Virus record (IMG/VR): IMGVR_UViG_3300024999_000051
Strand: one strand, 5' to 3'
Source of the DNA: an uncultured virus (IMG/VR IMGVR_UViG_3300024999_000051)
Taxonomy: Duplodnaviria; Heunggongvirae; Uroviricota; Caudoviricetes
DNA: 64,000 bases
In this document: in pieces, positions 10,162-20,066 of the stretch
Layout: the number at the start of each line of letters is the position of its first letter
Position numbering within the stretch: position 1 is the stretch's first letter
Notes under the pieces: model-generated
The model's database searches: none
What the model saw: only the letters and a program-made list of their open reading frames with translations
What the model was told of the DNA's origin: nothing
Position numbers and translations under genes: made by a program

Positions 10162-10489
10162 TATTGCAAATCTCTCCTTTCAAAAATATTTAGGAATTTA
10201 TTCTTCTTCCCAAATATGCAATGTTTTATGTTCTGCTTGCTGTGCAAAAGTGATGTGTGGGTTTCTTGGTGGTAGTATACCTTCTTTTTCCATAATGCTT
10301 AGTATAATGTCAATGCTTTCATAATCATTACCTGAGATATCTGATACCTTTTTAATCATATCACTTCTTTTCATATTTTTCCTCCTCTGATTTACTCCTT
10401 GATACTATTATACAGCCTACTAATCAGAAAATCAATAGACTGTATAAATATTATTTTTGTATTTTATATAATCCCAAGAATTCTGGAAT

Positions 10490-10726
10490 TTAAATGCTTT
10501 CAACTTGATCCGCTAATATTTCTGCTAACTCACACAAAACAACAATATTGTTTACTTCTCCTGATTGTAGTAATTTAAATAATTTATCATTTTTAAGTTT
10601 GGGATTATTTAATATATTAGCTTCTAGTGCTTTTCTTTTACAAGACAATTCACCATATTCAACAAGTTTTTGTTTTAATGTGTAATCTTTAAAATATAAG
10701 CTCATAAATAACAACTCCTTCAACAT
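10490..10726 (-). CDS. hypothetical protein
   Basis: ORF; likely start MSLY after AAGGAG. Confidence 0.55.
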   Translation of the reverse strand: MLKELLFMSLYFKDYTLKQKLVEYGELSCKRKALEANILNNPKLKNDKLFKLLQSGEVNNIVVLCELAEILADQVESI

Positions 10727-10741
10727 ATCAATTTTTGAAAT

Positions 10742-11296
10742 TTATCTATTTTTATATAATTCATTAAGTTTTTTGTTTAGCATTTTTATTTCAAGTGGGT
10801 TGCGTGAGTGTTTAATTTGTTTTTTTATACTGCTAATATTTTGAAAATTATCATCAACCATATTATTCCACTGTTGGCTTAATTCATCTAATACATTTTT
10901 CAAATTCTTCCCTTGATATTTAACATGCTCTTGATATCCGACAACCCCATCTCTTGTTTCTTTTAATCTTCCAACTAACTTTTTAAGTGCCTTGCCTACT
11001 TCTTCAGGAGAATATATTCTACCAAATTTCTTTCTAAGAATTATATATGCATAATCACCACTTGGTTGATTTGTAATCCATGTATATAGCAAATGAACTG
11101 TTTCAACTGCATCATTAAAAAGACTTGGTTTATCTTTTAGTAACTCTTCATTATCTAATGCAAATTGAAGACACTCAATACAATTTGGTATCCAATGATT
11201 CAATTCATGGAATTCAAGAGTATTTGTATTTTCAGGTAATGTTTTATTAAGTAAATCTATGTATAAACTTATTTGTTGTTTAAATTCTTCAGTTAT
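10742..11296 (-). CDS. hypothetical protein, probable ATA start
   Basis: Frame stays open 31 codons upstream of the track start, to an ATA preceded by AAAGGA. Confidence 0.6.
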   Translation of the reverse strand: MTEEFKQQISLYIDLLNKTLPENTNTLEFHELNHWIPNCIECLQFALDNEELLKDKPSLFNDAVETVHLLYTWITNQPSGDYAYIILRKKFGRIYSPEEVGKALKKLVGRLKETRDGVVGYQEHVKYQGKNLKNVLDELSQQWNNMVDDNFQNISSIKKQIKHSRNPLEIKMLNKKLNELYKNR

Positions 11297-11359
11297 TGTA
11301 ACCGCATCCTTTCTAATACCAAATAAAATAAAATAAAATTGTCTTTCAATTGAGGAAAT

Positions 11360-11713
11360 CTAAAAAGATTTATATTTCCACCATATTTTTATACCAAACA
11401 TAGGAAATGGAATAATATAAACTGCTTCATTTTTAGTATCAATAAATACTCCTACCCATAAATCATACCATCTGAAAAATGGTGTGATTTTTAATTTCCT
11501 TCCTTCTATATGTTGTAAATAATGAGCATAAAACATTTCAGGAAGAAATTGTTGTTTATAATCACAATATTTACAACATAAATGCAGAATATTATTTTCA
11601 TCAATATATTCTAAATCTAAATTTCCACATCCCTTACCACATGTCATAGGATGCACAGGAGCTTTATTCTGCCAATATTCAAATGCTTTTCTATATTTTC
11701 TTTTCCAAAACAT
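11360..11713 (-). CDS. hypothetical protein with Zn ribbon
   Basis: HPMTCG...CKYC; WYDLWVGVF motif. Confidence 0.7.
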   Translation of the reverse strand: MFWKRKYRKAFEYWQNKAPVHPMTCGKGCGNLDLEYIDENNILHLCCKYCDYKQQFLPEMFYAHYLQHIEGRKLKITPFFRWYDLWVGVFIDTKNEAVYIIPFPMFGIKIWWKYKSF

Positions 11714-12102
11714 TATTTATATTCTCTTTCTAACAATTCAATATTATCATACTTATTACCAATAACTTCACCTATATTATGAAAATTGGCCCTATATTTA
11801 AATGATGGCTCATTAATTGTCTCAAATGCCCATCTAAATTCTTTCCAAACAATAACACTTAGTTGTCCTAACCAATCTTTAAAAATATCACCTTCAAACA
11901 TTTCTTTACCTTTACCATCCTGATCTTTCCATCCAATATATTGACCAACTGTTTCGGGAATAACTCTATATTCTTCGTTTAAGCTAATTTTAATATAATG
12001 CCCTACTTCTCCTCTTTGTGGCATTTCGTCAGTGGAATAATAATCACCATACGCCCATTCGCCATCATCTATACATTTACCACGAAATATAATTTCTCTC
12101 AT
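11713..12102 (-). CDS. yopX: YopX family protein
   Basis: MREIIFRGK...ETVGQYIG..D..GKEMFEGDI...EVIGNKYDN. Confidence 0.9.
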   Translation of the reverse strand: MREIIFRGKCIDDGEWAYGDYYSTDEMPQRGEVGHYIKISLNEEYRVIPETVGQYIGWKDQDGKGKEMFEGDIFKDWLGQLSVIVWKEFRWAFETINEPSFKYRANFHNIGEVIGNKYDNIELLEREYK

Positions 12103-12124
12103 TTTATATATCCTCCTTTATTAA

Positions 12125-12463
12125 TTATTCTTTATTCTCAAACGCATACTCAATAGTTTCATCAAAACTAGTGCCACCATTATAATATCTCACTTCAAAA
12201 TTAACTGTTCCGTCTGTATTTTCACTAATATTAAAAATACTTCCATCTGGATCTAATGTTTTCTTTTCTACTATAGAATATATAATATCATCATGAATAA
12301 TATATTTATCATAATATTCATCTAACAGCATTAATTTATATGAATCATAATAATTAGCATCTAATTCTCTATTCATTAGTCTTTTACATTGTTCTTCTAA
12401 CGTTTCATTATAGTTTTTGATACACATTTTTAGAGTTCCTTTATAATAAACTACTTCACTCAT
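12125..12463 (-). CDS. conserved phage hypothetical protein
   Basis: GGAGG RBS; YYNGG motif. Confidence 0.7.
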   Translation of the reverse strand: MSEVVYYKGTLKMCIKNYNETLEEQCKRLMNRELDANYYDSYKLMLLDEYYDKYIIHDDIIYSIVEKKTLDPDGSIFNISENTDGTVNFEVRYYNGGTSFDETIEYAFENKE

Positions 12464-12466
12464 TAA

Positions 12467-12859
12467 CTAATTTCCTCCTTCTTCTAAAAAATCTAAATTC
12501 TCATATTTATTACCTAAAACTTGAAAATCATACATCTCATCTAATTTAATATATTTTGTACGCAAACATTTAGGAACATTATTATTGATTAATATTGCAT
12601 AAAAAGCACAATCAATAAATTCAACTATATAGTATTCACCTTTCCATCCAAATTGCTCAATAATATCTCCTTCATATACTTCATTTTTATTATTACTATT
12701 GTCACATAAACCTGAGAATTGCATAAATTCATAATTCGAATAATGCCCACTTCCCTCAAAATCATGAACTCCATTTTCCTCAAACCAATATAAATCATTA
12801 ATATATACCATTTCTTTATGTTTTATATCCCATGCTCTGAATTTAATTGATCTATTCAT
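12467..12859 (-). CDS. yopX: YopX family protein
   Basis: IKFRAWD...MQFSGL.D...EVYEGDII...VLGNKYEN. Confidence 0.9.
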   Translation of the reverse strand: MNRSIKFRAWDIKHKEMVYINDLYWFEENGVHDFEGSGHYSNYEFMQFSGLCDNSNNKNEVYEGDIIEQFGWKGEYYIVEFIDCAFYAILINNNVPKCLRTKYIKLDEMYDFQVLGNKYENLDFLEEGGN

Positions 12860-13242
12860 TACTTCTTCCTACCATTTCTTTTATCATCACATTCAATTCT
12901 AAACTCCTCAAAATCATCCATCCAGTTACCCTTACCATCATATAACTCAACAAATTTCTTAGCATCTTCAGCAAATTGAAAACTAAAACTAGACCAATAA
13001 ATTTCTCCATCATCTACAAAAGGCAAACTGCTTTTCGTAAAATCTCTCCAATAAAAATTACCATGCGAAATATCATCATATTCGACTCCTATATCATGAG
13101 ATGATTTATCTTTACCTTTTATAGTTTCTAATAAAACATAATAAGGAGTCTTGTCATTAATTTTATCCCAACCTAGATAATTATTAAATTGAATTTTATA
13201 GTAAACATCTGATGATAAATTTTTAATCCAACCATTACTCAT
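12859..13242 (-). CDS. hypothetical protein
   Basis: 127-aa ORF, AAGGA RBS. Confidence 0.7.
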   Translation of the reverse strand: MSNGWIKNLSSDVYYKIQFNNYLGWDKINDKTPYYVLLETIKGKDKSSHDIGVEYDDISHGNFYWRDFTKSSLPFVDDGEIYWSSFSFQFAEDAKKFVELYDGKGNWMDDFEEFRIECDDKRNGRKK

Positions 13243-13440
13243 TTTATTTCCTTCTTTCTTCTATTTTTAATATAATTACTTCAACAAATACTCAGCATAA
13301 TCTTTAACAAAACATTTATTTACTGTACAAGGTAATTCATATCCATCATCATATGAAGCATTTGCTATCCTATAAGGACACATATCTTCACAGAATTTAA
13401 TTACACTCATTTTTAGGGCATATTCTATGTCATGTAACAT

Positions 13441-13878
13441 TTAATCACCACCTTCAGTATACATAGAATAACCGAACTCTTCTAACACTTTAATTTTGTA
13501 TTCTTCAAGCCATTCTGATTTAATTTTAGTATTAAACAACAAATCAAGTATATCTTTATCATTCCAAGATTCTATCAGACCAATAGCATAATCAACAACC
13601 TCAACATCATCATGGTTTAATCCATATTTAACAATATCAAATGATATATCTTCTACCCAAGTCCTATCTACTTCACATCCAAGTAAATAAAAGAAATGAC
13701 TTACTACATGATTGCTTGTGTTTTCTTCTTTTATGTAATTCCAAGTTTCCCTAATCATTTCTGAAATCTCTTCAGGACTTTTCTTAGTATTAGTATATAA
13801 CATATTAATAGCATCACTATTATATCCAGATTCAAAACTTCGATATAACCCATGCCTAACTAGATTTGGCATATTCAT
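13441..13878 (-). CDS. hypothetical helical protein
   Basis: AAGGAG RBS before MNMPN. Confidence 0.7.
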   Translation of the reverse strand: MNMPNLVRHGLYRSFESGYNSDAINMLYTNTKKSPEEISEMIRETWNYIKEENTSNHVVSHFFYLLGCEVDRTWVEDISFDIVKYGLNHDDVEVVDYAIGLIESWNDKDILDLLFNTKIKSEWLEEYKIKVLEEFGYSMYTEGGD

Positions 13879-14023
13879 TATTTTTACTCTCCTTTTATTT
13901 CCCATTGCATGTTAATTCATGTTCGCAAAATACTATATAAACTTTAAATTGTTTACCACATTCTCCGCAAGTATATAATTCATCCATCTTTTTCACTCCC
14001 TTTCAAACATACAATTTAAAGTA

Positions 14024-14329
14024 TTACTTATCAAATAACCATCCAATATCAAACGAATATCTAAAACAAAACACTCTAATCAATCTAACCACTCCCCTAT
14101 TTACCGAAATACTTTTTCTCATAATTCCAATAGGAAATTTATTATCATCATCTTTATACCAATAATCACCTTCATCAACTGAAACAGATTTAACTAAAGC
14201 TAATCGACCAAATTTAGTCATATATTCTACATAGTCAGGGTAGAAAAATATTTGATATTCCTTACCTAAGAATTTTCTATAACTTCTATTTAGTGATATT
14301 CCTTCTTTAGACTTTATTTTAATGTTCAT
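14024..14329 (-). CDS. hypothetical protein
   Basis: ATGA overlap with upstream gene. Confidence 0.65.
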   Translation of the reverse strand: MNIKIKSKEGISLNRSYRKFLGKEYQIFFYPDYVEYMTKFGRLALVKSVSVDEGDYWYKDDDNKFPIGIMRKSISVNRGVVRLIRVFCFRYSFDIGWLFDK

Positions 14330-14802
14330 CTTATAATACCCTTCTCATCAACAATCATAACCTTAATAACTCTACCATCTTCCTTAAAATAACCATATTT
14401 AAACAAATCCCTAACACCAATACTCTCAACCACTAAACTCTCATCTGCTCTTAAAATATCTTCAATTTCATCAAATATCTGCTTTGTTGACTTCTTTGTG
14501 TGATATTGTAAAGCATAAGTATTTCTATCCATTGAAATAATATTTGCACACATATCTTCCTCTTGCACTCTAAAATCAGTAATATAAACATAATCCCAAT
14601 TTAGCAAATGATAATAAATATTATTCTTTAACTTTTTATATGCTTTCTTAACTTTTCTTTTTGTTTGTAAATCAGAACCATCATATTTCTTATAAACTAG
14701 GCGTAATGGATATAGGATTGTATCAAATGTTTTGATAATTATTTTGTCGATTACATTTTTGATATTTTGTTTTCTTGTGAATGATGACATATTTTTACTC
14801 AT
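14326..14802 (-). CDS. hypothetical protein
   Basis: GGAGG RBS, 158 aa. Confidence 0.7.
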   Translation of the reverse strand: MSKNMSSFTRKQNIKNVIDKIIIKTFDTILYPLRLVYKKYDGSDLQTKRKVKKAYKKLKNNIYYHLLNWDYVYITDFRVQEEDMCANIISMDRNTYALQYHTKKSTKQIFDEIEDILRADESLVVESIGVRDLFKYGYFKEDGRVIKVMIVDEKGIIR

Positions 14803-15525
14803 TTACTCAATTCCTCCTTCAATCTCAGCAACATTAAATCCTAATTCCTTCGCTTCATCAAAATCAAATCCTTCATCAGTATGCATAATAAAAATTTTTC
14901 CCCTTAGTCCTTCAGGTATCAATTCTACAAGCTTTCCCAATGACAAATGTACATTACCATCATAATCTGCTTTGCATGTATCTTGATACAAACAATTAAG
15001 TTCTCCACATTCTAAACCATATAAAATAGATTTAGGTATCTCATAGCTGTCTCCACTATAATAAGCATTTTCTTTTGTAACTATATTTAAAAGTAATATT
15101 CCAAATGAAGTTAATTCTCTAACATGTTTATTTAAAATAAAAAGTAATTGAATATTTAAGTTTTCAATCTCTGCAAATTGATTAATCGCACAATTATCAA
15201 ACTCACAATGTTTCTCTGTAACTCCCATAATCTCAAGCAATTCAATAAAATCACTGTTGACCGCATGGAATGTTGGCTTAATATTTTTAATGAAATAACA
15301 ATAGAATATTAAACTCCCTAGACTTCCCATATGATCTGGATGAGTATGAGTTACAGCAATATGGACTTCTGAGACATCTGATAATAGATTTAGAGATATG
15401 ATTCTATCAAAAGTTAATTCACCACAATCAATAAGTAATAGTGTATTGTTTTCTTTGATGTAGGCACTTGTGTTACCTAATTTTGTATTGAATGCTGAAC
15501 CTGTGCCTATGAATTTTAATTTCAT
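14803..15525 (-). CDS. MBL-fold metallo-hydrolase, Apyc1 (anti-Pycsar)/RNase Z-like
   Basis: GTGSAF, LLIDCG, THTHPDH, YYSGD, VHLS and IMH motifs. Confidence 0.85.
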   Translation of the reverse strand: MKLKFIGTGSAFNTKLGNTSAYIKENNTLLLIDCGELTFDRIISLNLLSDVSEVHIAVTHTHPDHMGSLGSLIFYCYFIKNIKPTFHAVNSDFIELLEIMGVTEKHCEFDNCAINQFAEIENLNIQLLFILNKHVRELTSFGILLLNIVTKENAYYSGDSYEIPKSILYGLECGELNCLYQDTCKADYDGNVHLSLGKLVELIPEGLRGKIFIMHTDEGFDFDEAKELGFNVAEIEGGIE

Positions 15526-15554
15526 TTATTTTTTACGCTCCTTTATAATTTATT

Positions 15555-15746
15555 TTATCTACATATAAATTCACTAGCCAACTTCCAACTATATACTTCT
15601 TTGATATTATTCATAATACATTCTGCTCTAATAGTATCTTGCAAATCTTTAATGGCAGTATCTCTTTCTTCCTCAGAAAAATTATATTTATCACTTTCTT
15701 CAAAATGAACATCAATTGTCATACGTATTGTTTTTACTTTAATCAC
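15555..15746 (-). CDS. hypothetical protein
   Basis: ORF with AGGAG RBS. Confidence 0.55.
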   Translation of the reverse strand: MIKVKTIRMTIDVHFEESDKYNFSEEERDTAIKDLQDTIRAECIMNNIKEVYSWKLASEFICR

Positions 15747-15790
15747 TCCTTTATTAGTTTATAGAAGAAAAACAATTAAAAGAATAAATC

Positions 15791-15817
15791 CCAAACTGAG
15801 CGATAGCGAATGTTTGG
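15791..15817. other. hairpin with GAGCGATAGCGA loop (pas/ssi-like)
   Basis: CCAAAC/GTTTGG stem; the loop recurs at 60751-60778. Confidence 0.55.
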
Positions 15818-15963
15818 AAGGTCAACGCTTTGTCCGATACATTGCTCTCGTTGTACCTCTTGCTTATAGTCCTTGCAGGAGGCTTTTCATTACAGTAATT
15901 TTGTTGTCACAAAATTCCTTCCATGGATTTATTTTTATAATTATTTTTTATTTATTTATTTTA

Positions 15964-16020
15964 TCTTTCGTCACCAATTACTATATAAATTAATATTATA
16001 TAGATATTCATGACGAAAGA
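15964..16020. repeat. 10-bp inverted repeat around a 37-bp AT-rich spacer
   Basis: TCTTTCGTCA...TGACGAAAGA, 6 nt from the stop of 16027..17763. Confidence 0.8.
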
Positions 16021-16026
16021 CTATAA

Positions 16027-17763
16027 TTATTTTTTAATATTAATATAATTTTCACGATTAATTTTTATTAATTCTATATTTAATGATCTTACTGTTTCTT
16101 GAACAATATCATTTTTCCATAATCTACTGAAATTTGTAGGTTTACATTCAATTTGTTCTAATAATACTTTAATAGGATATTGTTGATTAAAATCTAAAGA
16201 ATTAAGCAATGTGATAAATTTACTTGAAGCACTATTTTCTTTTCTTACCTTGCTATTATACTTCTTTTTATCTTCATTTAAAGCAAACCTTACAACATTA
16301 ACATCTTTCAATTGATTTATTATCATGTCAACAATATCAGGATCACCATTAATCAAATAAACATCTGCCTTATCATCGATATGTCCAGTGCCTCTATTTA
16401 TTCTCTTGATACCTTGATATATTCCACTTACAATATCTGTTTTTCTTAGACTTTCCAATGTGTCATTAAATATAAATCCCATATTATTATGTATTTTTTG
16501 AAACACAAATTCTTCTTCTGTAGGAATTTTCCCTGTATAGAGCATATACATAAACACATAATAAGGGGTTGGCATTACTGGAGTATGAATTATGAAACAT
16601 TTATTGAAATCGCCCCAATCATTTTTCCCTCTCATGTTTTGGAAATTACTATATTCAAGGTTTTCCAAATGCATAAGTTTTTCTCCATAATGAACTTTTA
16701 TATGAGAAATATCCTCCTCTAAACCAAGCAATAAAATATTATCATTTTCTGAACATTCATTAATAATTAATTCTACAATATCTTTATAAAAGTTTTTATT
16801 TGTATGTTTTGCTGATAATGTACTATTTGTATTAGATAAATGTATTGTCCAATTATTATGAGGAAATATTCTATCTGCTGATTCTAATTTGAATTGTTCT
16901 CCTAATTTATATAGTTCATGAAATTTTGCTGATGCGTCGAGCAATATATTATTGTCTAAGAAGAAATATTTCATTTCAGCATCATATGTATAAAGTATTT
17001 TATTACTTACTAATACTTTTGAATTGTTGAAGTATTTTTTCAATATGTCTAATTTTTTAAGCAAATCAGCTTTATTTGTTTTTATACCATGTCTAAAAAA
17101 TAAAGAATAAATATAATTATCTGTGAATAAACATTTACTTACATATTTCTTTAATAATTCAATTCTTCCTTCTGCTTTAGAATCTATAAATTCAAAATAT
17201 CTTAGAGATTTATCATTACAATTATCTTTTCTTTCTAATATACCAAACATTATTTTATTAAACAATATTTCTAAGTCAACATATATACTATTTTCTTCAT
17301 CTATATATTTTAGTTCTCTAAGAGTTTTTCTCAGCCTATCAATATCTCTGTCTCCAAGTGAGTCCATTTCTACCATATTAAGTTCTTCATCGATGATTAA
17401 ATTTGTTCTACCTTCTATGTAATATTTACGTTTATTAAACAAATCTTTACATAATATCTTATACATTGAATGAGTAATAATTAATACCTCATATTTTACA
17501 AGATCCTTCTCATATTTTTCTTTATTGTCCGAGTTTTCATCCTTTGCCATATTAGGTTTGAATTTATTTAATTCATCTGCAATATGTTTTCCTTCTGCGA
17601 TAAATTTTGTAACTATAAGTGTCTTAACTGGTTTACCTGATTCACTTGTTTTTGCAGATAATTCTTTTAATGTATCTATAATTGTATAAGTTTTACCAAT
17701 GGCTGCCTCGTTCATAAATACATTGAATAATTGCTCTAATTTAGGGAATATACCATTATTCAT
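16027..17763 (-). CDS. divergent SF2 (DEAD-like) helicase-fold protein, possible replication protein
   Basis: AxxGKT Walker A, LIITH, LIIDE Walker B, LLDASA, RGKNDW, YQGIKRINR. Confidence 0.7.
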   Translation of the reverse strand: MNNGIFPKLEQLFNVFMNEAAIGKTYTIIDTLKELSAKTSESGKPVKTLIVTKFIAEGKHIADELNKFKPNMAKDENSDNKEKYEKDLVKYEVLIITHSMYKILCKDLFNKRKYYIEGRTNLIIDEELNMVEMDSLGDRDIDRLRKTLRELKYIDEENSIYVDLEILFNKIMFGILERKDNCNDKSLRYFEFIDSKAEGRIELLKKYVSKCLFTDNYIYSLFFRHGIKTNKADLLKKLDILKKYFNNSKVLVSNKILYTYDAEMKYFFLDNNILLDASAKFHELYKLGEQFKLESADRIFPHNNWTIHLSNTNSTLSAKHTNKNFYKDIVELIINECSENDNILLLGLEEDISHIKVHYGEKLMHLENLEYSNFQNMRGKNDWGDFNKCFIIHTPVMPTPYYVFMYMLYTGKIPTEEEFVFQKIHNNMGFIFNDTLESLRKTDIVSGIYQGIKRINRGTGHIDDKADVYLINGDPDIVDMIINQLKDVNVVRFALNEDKKKYNSKVRKENSASSKFITLLNSLDFNQQYPIKVLLEQIECKPTNFSRLWKNDIVQETVRSLNIELIKINRENYINIKK

Positions 17764-18037
17764 TATTTGGTTTCTCAGAGGGATTAATTGCTGTTGAGAT
17801 TGTTCGTGTAGAATTTGTAGGATTGATTTGTTTATTGTTTAAATTGGCATTACTGTTGAGAGTCCTCCATTCTTTATATTCATTTATAGCATCTTGTAAA
17901 ATTTGTGAATTGGTAAATAAGAAGACATTGCGATTCTCGTCTTCTCTAGATGGTTGTGTTTCAATTAGTCTAAAATTTTTAAATAACATTAAATATCCTG
18001 CTAATTTTTGAGATTTACAGATAAATATACTGTACAT
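17756..18037 (-). CDS. DUF5659-like protein
   Basis: SQKLAGYLM..FRL....P......NVFLF.NS..L..AINEY. Confidence 0.7.
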   Translation of the reverse strand: MYSIFICKSQKLAGYLMLFKNFRLIETQPSREDENRNVFLFTNSQILQDAINEYKEWRTLNSNANLNNKQINPTNSTRTISTAINPSEKPNNE

Positions 18038-18190
18038 ATGTATTACCCCTTTGTTTAATTTCATTTTTCACATCAGTATAATTGACAACTTTGGTGATTT
18101 TAATATTTTATTTTCACACTATGTAAACCCATACACAATTAATTTCTTGCTCATGTCTAGCTCCTCTCACCTATATTCTTACCACATATA

Positions 18191-18219
18191 ATTATATCAT
18201 TTCACTAACCTTATGTCAA
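18191..18219 (-). promoter_or_regulatory. consensus sigmaA promoter
   Basis: TTGACA-N17-TATAAT with TG extension. Confidence 0.8.
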
Positions 18220-18261
18220 GCAATTTTATTTATATATTTAAATTAATTTTCATTCTAAATC

Positions 18262-18825
18262 TCATCTGGGGTTAATAACAATAATCTCTTTCCCAATCTT
18301 CTTAGCATAATTCACAGCATTAGCAGTACCACCTTTGCTACCATTCCATACAGCAATAACAATATCTGAATTATTAACCATGAATTTGTTCCTAATCATC
18401 ATTTTTGCAGGATGATATTCTCCTACAGCAACACCTTTAAAATCATATCCTTCAACAGTATCAACAAATGTTAAAATATCTGCATGTTGTTTTTGTAATT
18501 CATATCTGTCAACATCTCGTTCATACCATTTACTTGCTTGTTTTTCAAAAGGAATTGCTAATTCTAATTCAATTTTACATGCTTTATACTCTTTTGCTTC
18601 TTGTTTTAGTTCTTCGCAAATAGAGAAGGATAGTTGATCGACTCCAATTGCTCCTCCAAAGATAAATTTAATATCTTTTTCATTTTGATTATCAATAATA
18701 TCATTAATTACTTCAACTATCTTATTTCTTAATATTCCTCTAAGTTTTTGATAAGAGAATGATTCTAAGTCATATCCTCTCTTAAGTTTGTCAGGTCTGT
18801 GACCAGTAAAACAAATTGTTTTCAT
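18262..18825 (-). CDS. SLOG family (YspA/DUF1273-like) protein
   Basis: CFTGHRP, GGAIGVDQ, RNKFMV..SD.VIAVWNG..GGTANAV. Confidence 0.9.
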   Translation of the reverse strand: MKTICFTGHRPDKLKRGYDLESFSYQKLRGILRNKIVEVINDIIDNQNEKDIKFIFGGAIGVDQLSFSICEELKQEAKEYKACKIELELAIPFEKQASKWYERDVDRYELQKQHADILTFVDTVEGYDFKGVAVGEYHPAKMMIRNKFMVNNSDIVIAVWNGSKGGTANAVNYAKKIGKEIIVINPR

Positions 18826-18848
18826 TTTGCAATCTCTCCTTTCCCCCT

Positions 18849-19145
18849 CTATTCTTCTGATGTTTCAAATTCTGGCATTTCAAAAACAACTAAACATTGG
18901 CACTCATGAGCAGGTTGATAATCAATTATCTCTTTTTGAATATCATTTAAAACCTCCAATGCTCTTTCCTTTGTTTCATATGTACCTAAATAATACCATA
19001 CACCACTATTCTTTCCCATTATTGCAGTATTAAGATTGTCGTTTACAATTCTTCTGCATTGCAATTTAATTTGTTCAATTCCAGTGTATAATGTAAATCC
19101 ATTTGAATCCATAAGAGTTTCTTTGTCTTGTGATCTAATCCACAT
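18849..19145 (-). CDS. conserved phage hypothetical protein
   Basis: MWIRSQDK...LGTYETKERALEVL. Confidence 0.75.
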   Translation of the reverse strand: MWIRSQDKETLMDSNGFTLYTGIEQIKLQCRRIVNDNLNTAIMGKNSGVWYYLGTYETKERALEVLNDIQKEIIDYQPAHECQCLVVFEMPEFETSEE

Positions 19146-19350
19146 ATTAATCTCTCCTTCTTCTATTCAATATTTATTTGCCTTCATAATCTGGATGAAG
19201 TATTATTTCATACTTAACTTTTAAATAATCTTGAACTCCACAAAGTTCTCCGTTTCTCCAAAATGTATTATACTTATCAGGTTTCTTAATTTCATTTGTC
19301 AAAGCGTTAACAATATAGATTTGTATTTCGTACATATTTCTCACCGCCTC

Positions 19351-19554
19351 TCAATCATATAATCCCTTAACATATTCTTTAATTTGCAATCTAGTGAATC
19401 CTAATTTGTGTAGTTTATTTAAAATTACTTTAGCATTGTGTAAATTAAATATTATAGCATCTTCATGAAGTGGTGTTAATGATGGCATACCATTATCATA
19501 ATCTCCTTCATAATATTCATTGAGAAAATTATATATCACATATTGTTTAATCAT
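19351..19554 (-). CDS. hypothetical protein
   Basis: AAGGAGG RBS. Confidence 0.65.
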   Translation of the reverse strand: MIKQYVIYNFLNEYYEGDYDNGMPSLTPLHEDAIIFNLHNAKVILNKLHKLGFTRLQIKEYVKGLYD

Positions 19555-19747
19555 TGGTTAAGCCTCCTTTTTATTATACCAATTTGGAATATTAAAAGTC
19601 TTTCCACATGATTCGCAAAAATTAATTCTACCACTCATTCCAACTAAAACAGCATATGTATCAAGTTCATCATCAATTTCTTCACCGCAATTAAAACATT
19701 TATCAAGCATTTTATTTATTACCTCCTTTACATACCTTCCCTTAATA

Positions 19748-19776
19748 ATTATACCATAATCCTAAATTAATTGCAA
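19748..19776 (-). promoter_or_regulatory. sigmaA-type promoter
   Basis: TTGCAA-N17-TATAAT, TG extension. Confidence 0.6.
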
Positions 19777-19800
19777 ATAATTATTTTAGGATTTATAATA

Positions 19801-20022
19801 TTAATCTCTTCCCCTTATCATTTCACTATGTTCACCTGCACAACCACCAGAACAATATCCTCCATAATATTTATCCTCTTCTTCAGTTATCTTTAAGCCA
19901 CATAATTTACAGTGTTGATTATGTGATTTTTCATATCTGTTTTCACAAATTCCATCACAACATCCATTATAGTAATTGTTTTGTAATTTGGTTAGTTCTT
20001 GATTGCAATATTTACAGTTCAT
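19801..20022 (-). CDS. Cys-rich protein with two CxxC...CxxxC repeats
   Basis: CKYC...CDGIC and CKLC...CSGGC. Confidence 0.65.
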   Translation of the reverse strand: MNCKYCNQELTKLQNNYYNGCCDGICENRYEKSHNQHCKLCGLKITEEEDKYYGGYCSGGCAGEHSEMIRGRD

Positions 20023-20066
20023 TTATGGTATTTTCCTTTCTTTTTGGACTCTATAAAACAATGCTT

